From: Ranitomeya imitator | Lineage: Eukaryota | Direction: 5' to 3' | Length of the DNA: 64,000 bases | Assembly: GCF_032444005.1 (NCBI RefSeq) | Contig: NC_091284.1 | Span: forward strand, 621,488,001 to 621,552,000 | Part shown: in pieces, positions 1 through 13,230 of the stretch | How the letters are laid out: the number at the start of each line of letters is the position of its first letter | Position numbering within the stretch: the stretch's first letter is position 1 | The notes under the pieces: model-generated | The model's database searches: none | What the model saw: only the letters and a program-made list of their open reading frames with translations | Told to the model about the DNA's origin: nothing | Position numbers and translations under genes: made by a program

Positions 1-747
1 ATAAAATCAGATCGGACATGGTACATATAGACATAATGCATAGAGATGGAGGAGAAATTAAGGTAGGCAAGGGATAGATTCGGGGTCAAAATTACAACCT
101 AGTAAGGCAGGGTTAATGAATATTTGCAAGTACATGCATCAAGTAAAAGCCTAAGAGGCTACCGGCAAGGTATCCCTATTTGTCAGTGATAACACAAGCC
201 ACAGCACATATCCAGCTGCTTACCCATAATAGGTCCTGATCGCTCCAGCCACCCTTGCGGACCAGGACACGCGTTTCATGTGCTTTGCTTTTTCAAAGGG
301 GATGTGTTTTGAAACATAACCAATGGATAGACAAAACACACAAATAATTATTCATGTGCCATGTAATGCCCCTTAGTCCATGCATGCACTAGACATTTAA
401 ATGCTATGGACATATTTCAGCCATGAAACCCATGTCCTGACAAATAGTATGTGAATGATATAATTCATATAGACCCTATCTATGAGTCTGAGTAGAGCAG
501 TCGCAAACCTTATGCATCCAAATATTAAATGATCGGTATGCAATATGAAAATTACACTACATCAGAGAAGGGCAATGAATTTTTTTCCAGGAAGCCACAT
601 AAGAAACTATGGCATACTTCTGCTCATTATAATTGTTTCATATTAATTTTTTTCACTTCAATTCTTCTTGGCTTGGTGATTTTCCATTTTAGTTTTTTTC
701 TCTTCTCCTTCAAAGAGCCATAACTTTTTTTATTTTCTGTCCACATA

Positions 748-1160
748 CCGTATTTTGCGGATTATTAGACGCATCGGATTATAAGACGCACCCCAAATTT
801 TGAGGAGAAAAATAGTAAAAAACACTTTTTTAATAAAATAGTGGTGCTTCTTATAATTCATGCATCTTATTACTTACTGGGGGTCGTGGCTGTGGTGAAG
901 CGGGGTCCCAGGGTCACAGCTGGAGGAGGCAAGAGTGGAGCGTTGCTGCAGGCCGCAGGCTGGGATGAGGGGTTGTTTGGATGTGCGGTGTGGAGCGCCG
1001 CTGTTGGTGTCCGGTGCTGCGGGTGTCCATTGCTGCGGGGGCTCTGCCAACATCTTGTGAAAGTCCAGAGCCTCTGCAGTCACACGTATTCCTATGCGAT
1101 GGACTCGATTCCACGAAAATGGCTGCCAGCAGGAGGCAGCGCTTGCGCAGATGGACATCT
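748..1160. mobile_element. Left end of a Tc1/mariner-superfamily (Tc2/pogo-like) non-autonomous DNA transposon; right end not found
   Basis: TA followed by CCGTATTTTGCGGATTATTAGACGCATCGGATTATAAGACGCACC with a repeated TAAGACGCA subterminal motif; family assignment from recalled TIR style, right boundary approximate. Confidence 0.45.
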
Positions 1161-1204
1161 CGGCACCAAGATCTCGGGAGAAGAGATCTCAGCACTTATG
1201 AGAT

Positions 1205-1623
1205 CTTGCTACTATTTATTAGTCCCCTTAGGGGACTTGAACATATAATCATTTGATCGTTTGTACTGTACATGGTATGCTACTGCACTGCTATATGCTA
1301 TATAGGGAAAATCATGGTCTTCTATGAACTTTCATAAGAGTACTGTTATGAGAGGTACAGGGGTCTTCAGCAGACCTATGGCTGTCATGTTATCCCATCG
1401 GTGCCTCGTAATCACGTCACAGGCACAGTGATGGGCGCATGGAATGACATTCCCCTGCCGGAGCAGATTAAATGCCGTTGTCAGAGATTTACAGGTGGCT
1501 GTGCAGGCAGCTAAATAATTAATCCGTCATCTGCTGGGAAAGATGCTGGCTCAGTTTGTGAGCCTGTGTCAAAGTCAGGGAGCCAACATATGACATACCA
1601 GTACATCATATGTCAGTAAAGGG
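1205..1623. mobile_element. Decayed piggyBac-like MITE remnant (one end)
   Basis: Ends ...GTCAGTAAAGGG|TTAA (TTAA 1624-1627), like the other GGG|TTAA-ended elements here; left boundary approximate. Confidence 0.4.
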
Positions 1624-1849
1624 TTAATATTAGGCAGCATTCAGTCTGTTGACTTGCTGCTACTGTTAGTACATGTTACAATAGGGCTTTTTGTAATATG
1701 TATAATCACTTGTAGTAGCTAATCAAAACTAAAACATTTACTGCTTTTTACAAAATTTTTAAAAAAACAGTAAGTTATATTGCTTTGATTAATCAGCCAG
1801 TATACTTTAATGGACAGCTCCAAGCACAATATGATGCCACCACAATTCC

Positions 1850-2245
1850 CAGGCATAGTATGATGTCTCCTCACACAGTATGTCACCACAGAGCCCCCTG
1901 AGCAGTATGATGTCCCCACGCAGCTACCTGCACAGTATAATATTGCCACACAGCCCCCTACACAGTACAATGTTCCCAAAAGCCCACCTACACAATATGA
2001 TGTGCCCACAAAGCACTACACAGTATGATGTCGTCAAACTGCTCCCCATGTAAAATAATGTCCCCACACAGCCCTCTTCTACAGTATTATGCCCCAACAC
2101 AGCCCCCTCGAAAAGTCCCCACAAAGCCCCATTGTACAATAGTATTGCCCTACACAGCCTTCTAGCATAGTATAATGTTCTCACACAACCCATTTGCACA
2201 GTATTATGTCCTTACACAACGCCCTTACATAGTATTATGACCCCA
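1850..2245. repeat. Degenerate minisatellite, roughly 30-40 bp units (CACAGTATGATGTCCCCACACAGCCCC-like)
   Basis: Repeated CAGTAT(G/A)ATGT..CCCAC..AGCCC motifs; source of spurious ORFs 1719-2009 and 1924-2199. Confidence 0.7.
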
Positions 2246-3844
2246 CAATGTACTGTTAACAAAAAATAATAAATAAATAAAGCTACTCTAATAACCTCAT
2301 TCCCCCATAGCTCCTGTCTTCGCTATATATTGAGACACAGCTGTCATAAAGTAATGAAATCATCGTGCCTGCTGTGCTCAGGCTCAGTGATGAAGAGGCT
2401 TCCTGATCTATCATTGTTTTCACTGGTATTTATTACATAGAATGCCGACATCGGGGAAAGGGAAATGCTGGGCAGGTGGCAACCTCGTGGTGTGGGATGC
2501 CACCATATAGAGCCCAATATCCATGGACCGCACCAGAACAGTCAAAATTCCATATGTGTCCCGCAGGTCACACTTTGTTCAGGTCTGCCTTTCAGAGACT
2601 ATATGCTTCTAACGGAGAACCAAAATCAATCCACTGACCGTTTTGCCATTTTAAATTTATAGCTGGCTTGTCTTCATGAGACAGCCTATTTTAGCCTAAT
2701 GAGTATTTTTAAGTGCCATCACCACTATTTTAGATGAATAAAACATAAAACTACAGCACTAAAAACTGTGTAAAAGTGAGTATGATTATGCAATATATGA
2801 TTGATGGATTCCATTTATTAAAGCTCATGCTAGTATCAAACCTCTAGTAATATCAATGACGTATCTAAAATCACTTAACTTACACTGGAAGCAACTCCTA
2901 TAAATTAAAGATGCGAGGTACACTTGAAATAAATCAAAGGCAGAGTAATAAAAAGGAACATGATGCAAATAGAGGATTGCTAAACTTACAACAGGCCATT
3001 CATATTTAACCACAAGAGACAAGATCAGCTAGCATTATAAGCATCCTTGCTTAAACTGTACAGAGAGTGCGATTATGGTTTATCAATCAACCCAAGTTTC
3101 CTTTGGAGCTGTAATTGTTCTCCTTCTCCAAGGAATCCTCTTTATGGCATGAGCTTAAAAAATGAAGAGCTTAGAATTGACAACTAAATGGTGTTTTAAC
3201 AACTAAGACAAAGGTGTCAAACTGTGCACTATCTGGATATTAATACTCTAGCATCCTCCTATTAGCGACTGGATTACACTCTGGCCACCAGTTCTTAAAA
3301 AAACATATTTTGCAGTGTTGACTTCATAATATATTGCCATTATGGTTTTTCTTTGTCACTACCACTGCTGTAGCTAAATCATGACACCACATTTAGTTCT
3401 AGGAAAAGAAAAATAAAACAATTGATAAATAATGGTGCATAATGACGGGAAAAATCGAGAAAAAGGTACAAATAGTCATAAAACGCCAGACACTTGGGTG
3501 AAACTTACACCATTGTGAGTAATTTTATCTAAAAATGTCCATAGAAATACCTATGGCACTTCAAAATGACATACAACCAAATACAGACTTACACTCACAA
3601 CAGCCGAGAGAGAAGAACCATATAGTGTTAGAACAATGTACAAAGCTTTATTATAGTAAGTTAAAATACAGAACAAGGCACAAAACAAATTATAACAAAG
3701 TGTTCAGCAGGGAGGAACCTAGCCCTATCTCTCTGTACTCCTATTAATAATATATGTATTCACATATCAAGGTAACAAAGAAAAAATAATATATATCACA
3801 CAAAAATAATATATTCCACAATAGTATTAAGTATTCTTCCCTCT

Positions 3845-4030
3845 CCTAGTGTATCCTCACCCACCCCCTGCAGACTGTGAGCCCTCGCGGGCAGGGTCCT
3901 CCCTCCTTATGTACTCGTGTGCCTTGTTATCTGCTCATGTTTAATGTATTTGTCTATATTTGCCCCGTATTCACATGTAAAGCGCCATGGAATAAATGGC
4001 GCTATAAAAATGTATAATAATAATAATAAT
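3845..4030 (+). mobile_element. 3' end of an L2-like LINE
   Basis: CAGACTGTGAGCCC..GCAGGGTCC...TGTAAAGCGCCATGGAATAAATGGCGCTATAAAAA followed by an (AAT)n tail, the typical L2 3' stem-loop plus short-repeat tail. Confidence 0.65.
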
Positions 4031-4407
4031 AAAAGTAGTGAGAATATAATAAATTAGCGAGGTTAAATACCCCTATTACCCTAGTGGTGTACCTTATAAC
4101 CAATAAAGTGGTTGCAATAATGTATGGGGGTATAGTGAGAAAATACTGTATACATGTAAAATGATCATAGCCTGAATACAGCTTCTATAAAATCTCAACA
4201 ATGTACCACAGGATTAAAGGTATGTGTGTGGATAAAGTATATTCCATGACAATAAAGAAATGGCAGCACTGAAAGATAAGCTGCCAAGATGTTAGAAAAT
4301 ATATGACACTATGCCTTAATTGTATGACCTGCAGACCACAAAGTAAGGAGTTAGGATAGGCGAGGTCTCCCCCCTCCACCCCGACGCGTGTTTCGCCCAG
4401 ATCTTTA

Positions 4408-6486
4408 TCAGCACAACACCAGTGCAATGTGCCTGCAAGATCTGAGAATTAATCACAGCAACCACCTAGAGCAAGAACCAGCTTCCATTACAGAAACAGA
4501 CATCCAACATGAAGAGCTGGACAGCACCTGGCCCAGACATGATCCACACCTACTGGCTATAGAAATTAACAGCGGTACATGAATGCATGCTAAAGCAGAG
4601 GAACCAACTGCTAGAAGCAGGCCACCACCCAGCTTAGCTAACACAAGGAAGAACAGTGCTGATCATGAAGGATCCTCATAAAGGAACAGTTCCATCCAAC
4701 TACCACCCAATAACCTACCTTTCAACAACATGGAAGCTCCTCCCAGGCATCATAGCCACCAAGCTACAGAACCATATGAACCAGTACATGAATCCAGCTC
4801 AGAAAGGCATTGGGACCAACACCAGAGGCTGTAAGCACAAGCTCATAGTAGATAGAGCAGTCGCTCAAGACCCAAGATCCAGACAGGCCAATCTCAGCAC
4901 AGCCTGGATTGATATCAGGAAAGCATATGACTCAATGCCACACATATGGATCTGTGAATGCTTTGCTCGCCACAATGTCAACAGGAAAGAGCCTTCCTCA
5001 GAAACTCAATGGGGCTATGGAGAACAACATTGGAAGTCAGCTCAAGAAAACTAGCACAAGTGACCATCAAATGCAGCATATACCAAGATGATGCACTGTC
5101 CCCATTGCTGTCCTGCATAGGCTTGTACCCCCTCAGTCAGATAGTTACAAAGTCTGGCTATGGATACAAGTTCAAGAGAGAAGCACTATCAGCCACCTGC
5201 TCTACATGGATGACATCAGCTGTATGCAAAAATGAATGAGACATCAATTCACTGATCCACATGACAAGGATCTACAGTGAAGACATTTGGTGTCCTTCAG
5301 ACTGGAGAAGTGCGGTTGGTAAAAAAGTGAGGCAAGGTTGTCAAGACTTATTGAGTGGAATTACTATCAGGGCACATAGCAGATGTACAGACATGCTACA
5401 ATTACCTTGGCATCCCACAGGGATACAGTAACCTTGATGAGGAGGCAATAAAGCAGCAACACCCAAAGATTGCATACCAACAGAAATGAGGGTGGACGAG
5501 GCTTGATAAGCATCCAAGCCACCATCACGAATGAAACAAGGAGTTTCCAGGAATACATCAGAAAAAGGCACCAAAAGATGAGATGCTGAGAGAAAGCCTA
5601 AGGCAGCAACAACAACAAATCTGGAAAGAAGAACAGGAACATGAAGCGCCATGGCAAGACAAACCACTGCATGGGATGTACCATCGACAGATAATGGAGG
5701 TGGCTGACATGGAGAAATCCTAGCAATATCTGGAGAACGCTGGACTCCTAGACAGCACAGAGACACTAATCATAGCGGCACAAGAGCAAGCACTAAGAAC
5801 GAAATCCATAGAAGCTGGTATCTAGCACACAAGACAAGACCCTTGGTGCACACTATGCAAAGAAACCTCAGAAACAGTCCAACACATAGTGCCAGGGTGC
5901 AAAATGCAAGCAATAACAGCATATACTGAATGCCGCAGCCAAGTATCGGGAATTGTATACAGGAACATCTGCAAAGCATATGGGCTAAGTCCCCCTAAGA
6001 CCAGGTGGGAGGCCCCTGAAAAAGTGGTGGAGAATGAAAGGGCTAAAATCTTGTGGGACTTTAAGATCCAGACAGATAAGCAGGTATTGGCTAACCAACC
6101 AGATATTGTGATAGTAGATAAGGATCAGAAGACAGCAATGATAATAGATGTGGCAGTACCAAGTAGTGACAGCAACATAAGAAAGAAGGAATATGAGAAG
6201 CTGGAGAAATACCAGGGCCTCAAAGGAGAACTGGAGAAGATGTGGAAGGTGAAGGCAACAGTGATTCCAGTGGTGATGGGAGCACTTGGAGCAGTGACCC
6301 CCTAATTTGGAAAAGTGGCTACAACAAATCCCTGGAGCAACATCTGAGTTCTCCGTCCAGAAAAGCACAATGCTGGGAACAACTAAGATCCTGTGCAGAA
6401 CCCTCAAACTCCCAGGCCTCAGGGGGAGGTCCCGAGAATGAGAAAGGACAAAAAAGGCCACCCTATTAGGGGGTGAGAAGGAAGGT

Positions 6487-6490
<4 letters not shown>
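4408..6490 (+). pseudogene. 5'-truncated, decayed non-LTR retrotransposon of the R4/Dong (Rex6-like) clade: RT, zinc knuckle and restriction-like endonuclease
   Basis: ORF fragments NYHPITYLSTTWKLL, QKG...RGCKHKLIVD, AWIDIRKAYDSMPH, ALSPLLSCIGL, LLYMDD-like, then ILWDFKIQTDKQVLANQPDIVIVDK...IIDVAVP...KEYEKLEKY (RLE PD..D motif); many stops and frameshifts. Confidence 0.85.

Positions 6491-6492
<2 letters not shown>

Positions 6493-6530
<38 letters not shown>
6493..6530. repeat. (TA)n microsatellite at the 3' end of the R4/Dong element
   Basis: Direct reading. Confidence 0.95.
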
Positions 6531-6533
<3 letters not shown>

Positions 6534-6586
6534 CACGGTACATATACACGGTATACTCACACATCTCTTTCTCCATCCATCCCATT

Positions 6587-6719
6587 NNNNNNNNNNNNNN
6601 NNNNNNNNNNNNNNNNNNNNNNNNNNNNNNNNNNNNNNNNNNNNNNNNNNNNNNNNNNNNNNNNNNNNNNNNNNNNNNNNNNNNNNNNNNNNNNNNNNNN
6701 NNNNNNNNNNNNNNNNNNN
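6587..6719. other. Assembly gap (N run)
   Basis: Direct reading. Confidence 1.
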
Positions 6720-6998
6720 CAGCAGTTTTCACACAACAGTGCGGTAATGAGACAGTGACCCAGGATCCCTGGATAGGTCAACTTAAATGTCTCTGTTTTT
6801 GGCAACTTACAAAAACAACTCAAACATTATTCTCCAGTTGACAGCAAGATCGTCATTAACAGTCTGTCTCAATCTGTTGCCACTGTATCACTCATGGGTG
6901 CATCAATGGCTTTGCGCTCTATGACTCTGGCCTGTATTCAGTCTCACATAGGCCTGTCCTACACAGAGCTTCTGCTCTTTATTTTGCATAGTAACCAC

Positions 6999-8070
6999 TA
7001 GGGTTGAGCGACTTTTGCTTTTTTGAGGTCGAGTCGGGTTTTGCGAAACCCGACTTTCTCAAAAGTCGAGTCGAGTGAAATTGGCCGATCTTCTTGAAAA
7101 GTCGGGGTCGGGGGATCAGCCAAAACACGAAACCCAATGCAAGTCAATGGGAAATCTATATATTTTTATATTTACTTCAGCGCGATATAGCAGAAAAGCC
7201 AATAATTCAATTGCCGGCTTTTCATTTCTCCTGCCTAACCCCGACATGATATGAGACATGGTTTACATACAGTAAACCATGTCATATCCCCCTTTTTTTT
7301 TGCATATTCCACACTACTAATGTTAGTAGTGTGTATGTGCAAAATTTCGGCGCTGTAGCTATTAAATTTAAGGGTTAAATCGTGGAAAAAATTGGCGTGG
7401 GCTCCCGCGCAATTTTCTTCGCCAGAGTGGTAAAGCCAGTGACTGAAGGCAGATATTAATAGCCTGGAGAGGGTTCATGGTTATTGGCCCCCCCCTGGCT
7501 AAAAACATCTGCCCCCAGCCACCCCAGAAAAGGCACATCTGGAAGATGTGCCTATTCTGGCACTTGGCCACTCTCTTCCCACTCCCGTGTAGCGGTGGGA
7601 TATGGGGTAATGAAGGGTTAATGTCACTTTGCTATTGTAAGGTGACATTAAGCCAGATTAATAATGGAGAGGCGTCAATTATGACACATATCTATTATTA
7701 ATCCAATTGTAGGAAATGGTTAAAAAAACACACACACAATATTGCAAAGTATTTTAATGAAATAAACACATGGGTTGTTGTAATATTTTATTGCTCTCTC
7801 AATCCACCTGAAGATCCTTGACCTGTAACAAATTAAAAATAATAAACCAACAATATACATACCTTCCGTAGATCTGTAACGTCCCACGATGTAAATCCAT
7901 CTGAAGGGGTTAAAATATTTTACAGGCAGGAGCTCTGCTATAATGCAGCTGTGCTCGTGCCTGTATAACCCCGGGGAATGAAGGTAATGTAGGTTAATGA
8001 CCTGTAGTTAACTTCATTCGCGGTGATGCGCCCTCTGCTGGATGTCCTCATATGACCTCGAGCCTGGGAA
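6999..8070. mobile_element. hAT-like non-autonomous composite element (left end TAGGGTTGAGCG); right end not identified
   Basis: Terminus resembles the TSD-verified hAT MITE at 36942; subterminal CGAGTCG/CCGAC repeats; internal part recurs inverted at ~50768-51230 and ~43790-44240. Confidence 0.55.
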
Positions 8071-8264
8071 CTTTATGGTCTGTGGTCCCTACCTGCAGAA
8101 CCACTCCTTTATTGAGTGTGTGTTGATATTTGCCACCAATTTCCATCTATTGTTTATTGCATTTCCACAACAGCATGTGAAATTGATTGTCAAACAGTGT
8201 TGCTTATATTTTGTTGTTTAAGTTCACTTTATTTTTTTTGAGCAGTGTATATATATCAATATAT

Positions 8265-9109
8265 TGTAAGATAGCGCTTATTGCATGTCTTGGGGACACT
8301 CGCTTGGCAACGGGATAAATGCACACAGGCACGATCTTCTTACAAAAACAGTCTATTTGGTTTATTTCCATGTCAGCATAAACCGTAACCTCAGGAACTT
8401 GGTAGTATGCAACAGCCTGAACACCGTCTGTTCACATTCAGTGTACATATTACAGTGGAACCACAATTCCTCACTGATCCCGGTCAGCATAACATGGATT
8501 ACAGTCAGTTACCTGTTGGCGTCAATCACACAGGTTCCTGGATGCCTCTTATCCTCAAAGGTATCCCATAGAGTAAACACAGTCTCTCTTTCTATCTCTC
8601 TCTGACCCCAGTCAGTATAACACGGATCCCTTTCCGTTACCTGCTGGTGCTGCCACACAGGTTCCCGGATACCTCTTATCCTCAGAGGTATCCCACAGAT
8701 GTCTCTCATTGAGCCCGGTCAGTATCACTCACGGTTATCAGACCGTCCACTCCGGAGGTATCTCACAGGCCTCCTTGCTCTGGCTCAGACTAGCCAGCAC
8801 TTGCTCCCATGTTCCAATCACACCTCCATTACATAGGTGTAACCACACCCAGGTACCTATCACATGGCTAGTCAGATGATCGTGACATCACCGCAGGTCC
8901 TCAAAAACACAACCATCTTAGGTGTTCAGACACACTCCTTTTGGGTGGGTTTGTAGGTAACGGGTCCCACCCATCTCTCCAATCACCTGGAAGCCTTCTC
9001 AATGTAAAAGATATCCCTCAGCACTAGATCTGCTGAGCAAAACCTGCCCAGGCTTCCATCACAGGGCCACCCTCCTCTGCTATACTGTACATACCACCCA
9101 TTAATCACA
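8265..9109 (-). mobile_element. Possible solo LTR
   Basis: Minus strand reads TGTGA...TTACA, with AATAAA near its 3' end and internal short direct repeats; the right TSD is hidden by the N gap. Confidence 0.4.
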
Positions 9110-9244
9110 NNNNNNNNNNNNNNNNNNNNNNNNNNNNNNNNNNNNNNNNNNNNNNNNNNNNNNNNNNNNNNNNNNNNNNNNNNNNNNNNNNNNNNNNNNN
9201 NNNNNNNNNNNNNNNNNNNNNNNNNNNNNNNNNNNNNNNNNNNN
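9110..9244. other. Assembly gap (N run)
   Basis: Direct reading. Confidence 1.
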
Positions 9245-10823
9245 TTCAGACCCCTTTAAATTTTTCACTCTTTGTTTTATTGCAGCCATTTGGTAAATTA
9301 AAAAAGTTCATTTTTTCACATTAATGTGCACTCTGCACCCCACCTTGACTGAAAAAAAACAGAAATGTAGTAATTTTTGCAAATTTAATAAAAAAGAAAA
9401 TCTGAAATATCTGGTCATAAGTATTCAGACCCTTTGCTTAGACACTCATATTTAAGTCACATGCTGTCCATTTCCTTGTGATCCTCCTTGAGATGGTTCT
9501 ACTCCTTCATTAGAGACCAGCTGTGTTTAATTAAACTGATAAGACTTGATTTGGAAAGGCACACACCTGTCTATATAGGATCTCACAGCTCACAGTGCAA
9601 GTCAGACCAAATGAGAATCATGAGGTCAAAGGAACTGGCCAAGGAGCTCAGAGACCAAATTGTTTCAGGGCGCAGATCTGGCCAAGGTTACAACAGTGGC
9701 CTCCACAATCCTTAAATGGAAGCAGCTTGGGACCACCAGAAGTCTTCCTAGACCTGGCCCTCCAGCCACACTGAGCAAGCGAGGGAGAAGAGCTTTGGTG
9801 AGAGAGGTAAAGAAGAACCCGAAGATCACTGTGGCTGAGCTCCAGAGATGCAGTAGGGGGATGGGCGAAAGTTCCACAAAGTCAACTATCACTGCAGCCC
9901 TCCACTAATCGGGCCTTTATGGCAGAGTGGTCTGACGGAATCGTCTCCTCAGTGCATATGAAAGCCTGCATAGAGTTTGCTAAAAAACACATGAAGAACT
10001 CCTAGACTATGAAAAATAAGATTCTACGGTCTGTTGAGACAAAGATAGACCTTTTTGGTGATAATTCTGAGCGGTATGTGTGGAGACATCCAGGCACTGC
10101 TCATCACCTGCCCAATACAATACTAACAGTGAAACAAGGTGGTGGCAGCATCATGCTATGGGGGGGGGGGGTTTCAGCTGCAGGGACAGGATGACAGGTT
10201 ATCATTGAAGGAAACATGAATGTGGCCAAGTACAGAGGTATTCTGGATGAAAACCTCTTCCATAGTGCTCTGGACCTCAGCCTTGGCCTAAGGTTCACCT
10301 TTCAACAAGACAATGACCCTAAGCACACAGCTAAAATAGCAAAGGAGTGGCTTCAGAACAACTCTGTGACCATTCTTTGCTGTCCCAGCCAGAGCCCTGA
10401 CCTAAACCCAATTGAGCATCTCTGGAGAGACCTGGAAATAGCTGTCCACCAACATTCACCATCCAACCTGACAGAGCTGGAGAGGATCTGCAAGGAGGAA
10501 TGTCAGAGGATCCCCAAATCCAGGTATCCAGGTATGAAAAGCTTGTTGCATAATTCCCAAGAAGACTCAAGGCTGTACTAGCTCAAAAGGGTGCTTCTAC
10601 TCAATACTGAACAAAGGCTCTGAATACTTTTGTTCATGTGATGTTTCAGTTTTTGTTTTATAATAAATTTGCAATACTACATTTCTGTTTGTTTTTCAGT
10701 CAAGATGGGGTGCAGAGTGTACATTAATGAGAAAAAAATGAACTGTTTTGAATTTACCAAATGGATGCAATGAAATGAAGAGTGAAAAATTCAAATGGTT
10801 ATTAATACTTTCTGTACACACTG
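9245..10823 (+). mobile_element. Tc1-family transposon 1 (left tip in the gap)
   Basis: Long terminal inverted repeats (left TTCAGACCCCTTTAAATTTTTCACTC..., right ...TTAATACTTTCTGTACACACTG) flanking a transposase remnant. Confidence 0.9.
9620..10610 (+). pseudogene. Tc1 transposase pseudogene
   Basis: [74 protein letters not shown]; frameshifted. Confidence 0.9.
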
Positions 10824-10863
10824 AAGTCATCAAAACTATGAATTAACACATGTGGAATTATAT

Positions 10864-12147
10864 CCCCTTACCGGCATCGGACGTACTATACCGTCCGATG
10901 TCGGCTCCCCTGCTTTGATGCAGGGCTCCGCGGTGAGCCCGCACCAAAGCCGGGACATGTCAGCTGTTTTGAACAGCTGACATGTGCCCGTAATAGGCGC
11001 GGGCAGAATCGCGATCTGCCCGCACCTATTAACTAGTTAAATGCCGCTGTCAAACGCAGACAGCGGCATTTAACTACCGCTTCCGGCCGGGCGGCCGGAA
11101 ATGACGTCATCGCCGACCCCCGTCACATGATCGGGGGTCGGCGATGCTTGTGAATGGTAACCATAGAGGTCCTTGAGACCTCTATGGTTACTGATTGCCC
11201 GTCGCTGTGAGCGCCACCCTGTGGTCGGCGCTCACAACACACGTGCAATTCTGCTACATAGCAGCGATCAGCAGATCGCTGCTATGTAGCAGAGCCGATC
11301 GTGCTATGCCTGCTTCTAGCCTCTCATGGAGGCTATTGAAGCATGGCAAAAGTTAAAAAAAAAAGTTTAAAAAAATGTGAAAAAAATAAAAAAACATAAA
11401 AGTTTAAATCACCCCCCTTTCGCCCCAATCAAAATAAATCAATAAAAAAAATATCAAATCTACGCATATTTGGTATCGCCGCGCTCAGAATCGCCCGATC
11501 TATCAATTAAAAAAAAGTATTAACCTGATCGCTAAACAGCGTAGCGGGAAAAAAATTCGAAACGCCAGAATTACGTTTTTTTAGTCGCCGCGACATTGCA
11601 TTAAAATGCAATAACGGGCGATCAAGAGAACGTATCTGCACCGAAATGCTATCATTAAAAACGTCATCTCGGCACGCAAAAAATAAGCCCTCAACCGACC
11701 CCAGATGATGAAAATGGAGACGCTACGAGTATCGGAAAATGGCGCAATTTTTTTTTTTTTTTTTTTTAGCAAAGTTTGGAATTTTTTTTCACCACTTAGA
11801 TAAAAAATAACCTAGTCATGTTTGGTGTCTATGAACTCGTAATGACCTGGAGAATCATAATGGCAGGTCAGTTTTAGCATTTAGTGAACCTAGCAAAAAA
11901 GCCAAACAAAAAACCAATGTGGGATTGCACTTTTTTTGCAATTTCACCGCACTTGGAATTTTTTTTTCCGTTTTCTAGTACACGACATGCTAAAACCAAT
12001 GATGTCGTTCAAAAGTACAACTCGTCCCGCAAAAAATAAGCCCTCACATGGCCAAATTGACAGAAAAATAAAAAAGTTATGGCTCTGGGAAGGAGGGGAG
12101 CGAAAAACGAACACGGAAAAACGAAAAATCCCCCGGTCATGAAGGGG
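10864..12147. mobile_element. piggyBac-like non-autonomous element with an ATAT target duplication
   Basis: Termini CCCCTT...AAGGGG; ATAT at 10860-10863 and 12148-12151; near-identical inverted copy at 49638-50767. Confidence 0.8.
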
Positions 12148-12188
12148 ATATACTTAACAAAAAAGTGTGAAACAACTGAAAATTTGTC

Positions 12189-13230
12189 TTATATTCTAGG
12201 TTCTTCAAAGTAGCCACCTTTTGCTTTGATGACTGCTTTGCACACTCTTGGCATTCTCTTGATGAGCTTCAAAAAGTAGTCACCAGAAATGGTCTTCCAA
12301 CACTCTTGAAGGAGTTCCCAGAGATGCTTAGCACTTGTTGGCCCTTTTGCCTTCACTTTGTGGTCCAGCTCACCCCAAACCATCTCGATTGGGTTCAGGT
12401 CTGGAGACGGTTGAGGCCAGGTCATCTGGCGTAGCACCCCATCACTCTCCTTCTTGGTCAAATAGCCCTTACACAGCCTGGAGGTGTCATTGTCCAGTTG
12501 AAAAAATAAATGTTGATCCAACTAAACACAAACTGAATGCAATAGCATGCCGCTGCAAGATGCTGTGGTAGCCAAGCTGGTTCAGTATGTCTTCAATTTT
12601 GAATAAATCCCCAACAGTGTCACAGCAAAGCACCCCCACACCATCACACCTCCTCCTCCATGCTTCACGGTGGGAGCCAGGCATGTAGAGTCCATCCGTT
12701 CACCTTTTCTGCATCACACAAAGACACAGTGGTTGGAACCAAAATCTCAAATTTGGACTCATCAGGCCTAAGCACAGATTTCCAGTGGTCTAATGTCCAT
12801 TCCTTGTGTTCTTTAGCCCAAACAAGTCTCTTCTGCTTGTTGCCTGTCCTTAGCAGTGGTTTCCTAGCAGATATTTTACCATAAAGGCCTGCTGCACAAA
12901 GTCTCCTCTTACCAGTTGTTGTAGAGATGTGTCTGCTGCTAGATCTCTGTGTGGCATTGACCTGGTCTCTAGTCTGAGCTGCTGTTATCCAGCAAATTCT
13001 CAGGCTGCTGACTCAAATACACTTATCCTCAGAAGCAGAGGTGACTCTTGGTCTTCTTTTCCTGGGGTGGTCCTCATGTGAGCCAGTTTATTTGTAGTGC
13101 TTGATGGTTTTTGCCACTGCACTTGGGGACACTTTCAAAGTTTTCTTAATTTTTAGGACTGACTGACCTTCATTTCTTAAAGTAATGATGGCCACTCATT
13201 TTTCTTTACTTAGCTGCGTTTTCTTGCCAT
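12189..13230 (-). pseudogene. Tc1 transposase pseudogene
   Basis: [53 protein letters not shown]...KGGYFEEPRI; frameshifts. Confidence 0.9.
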
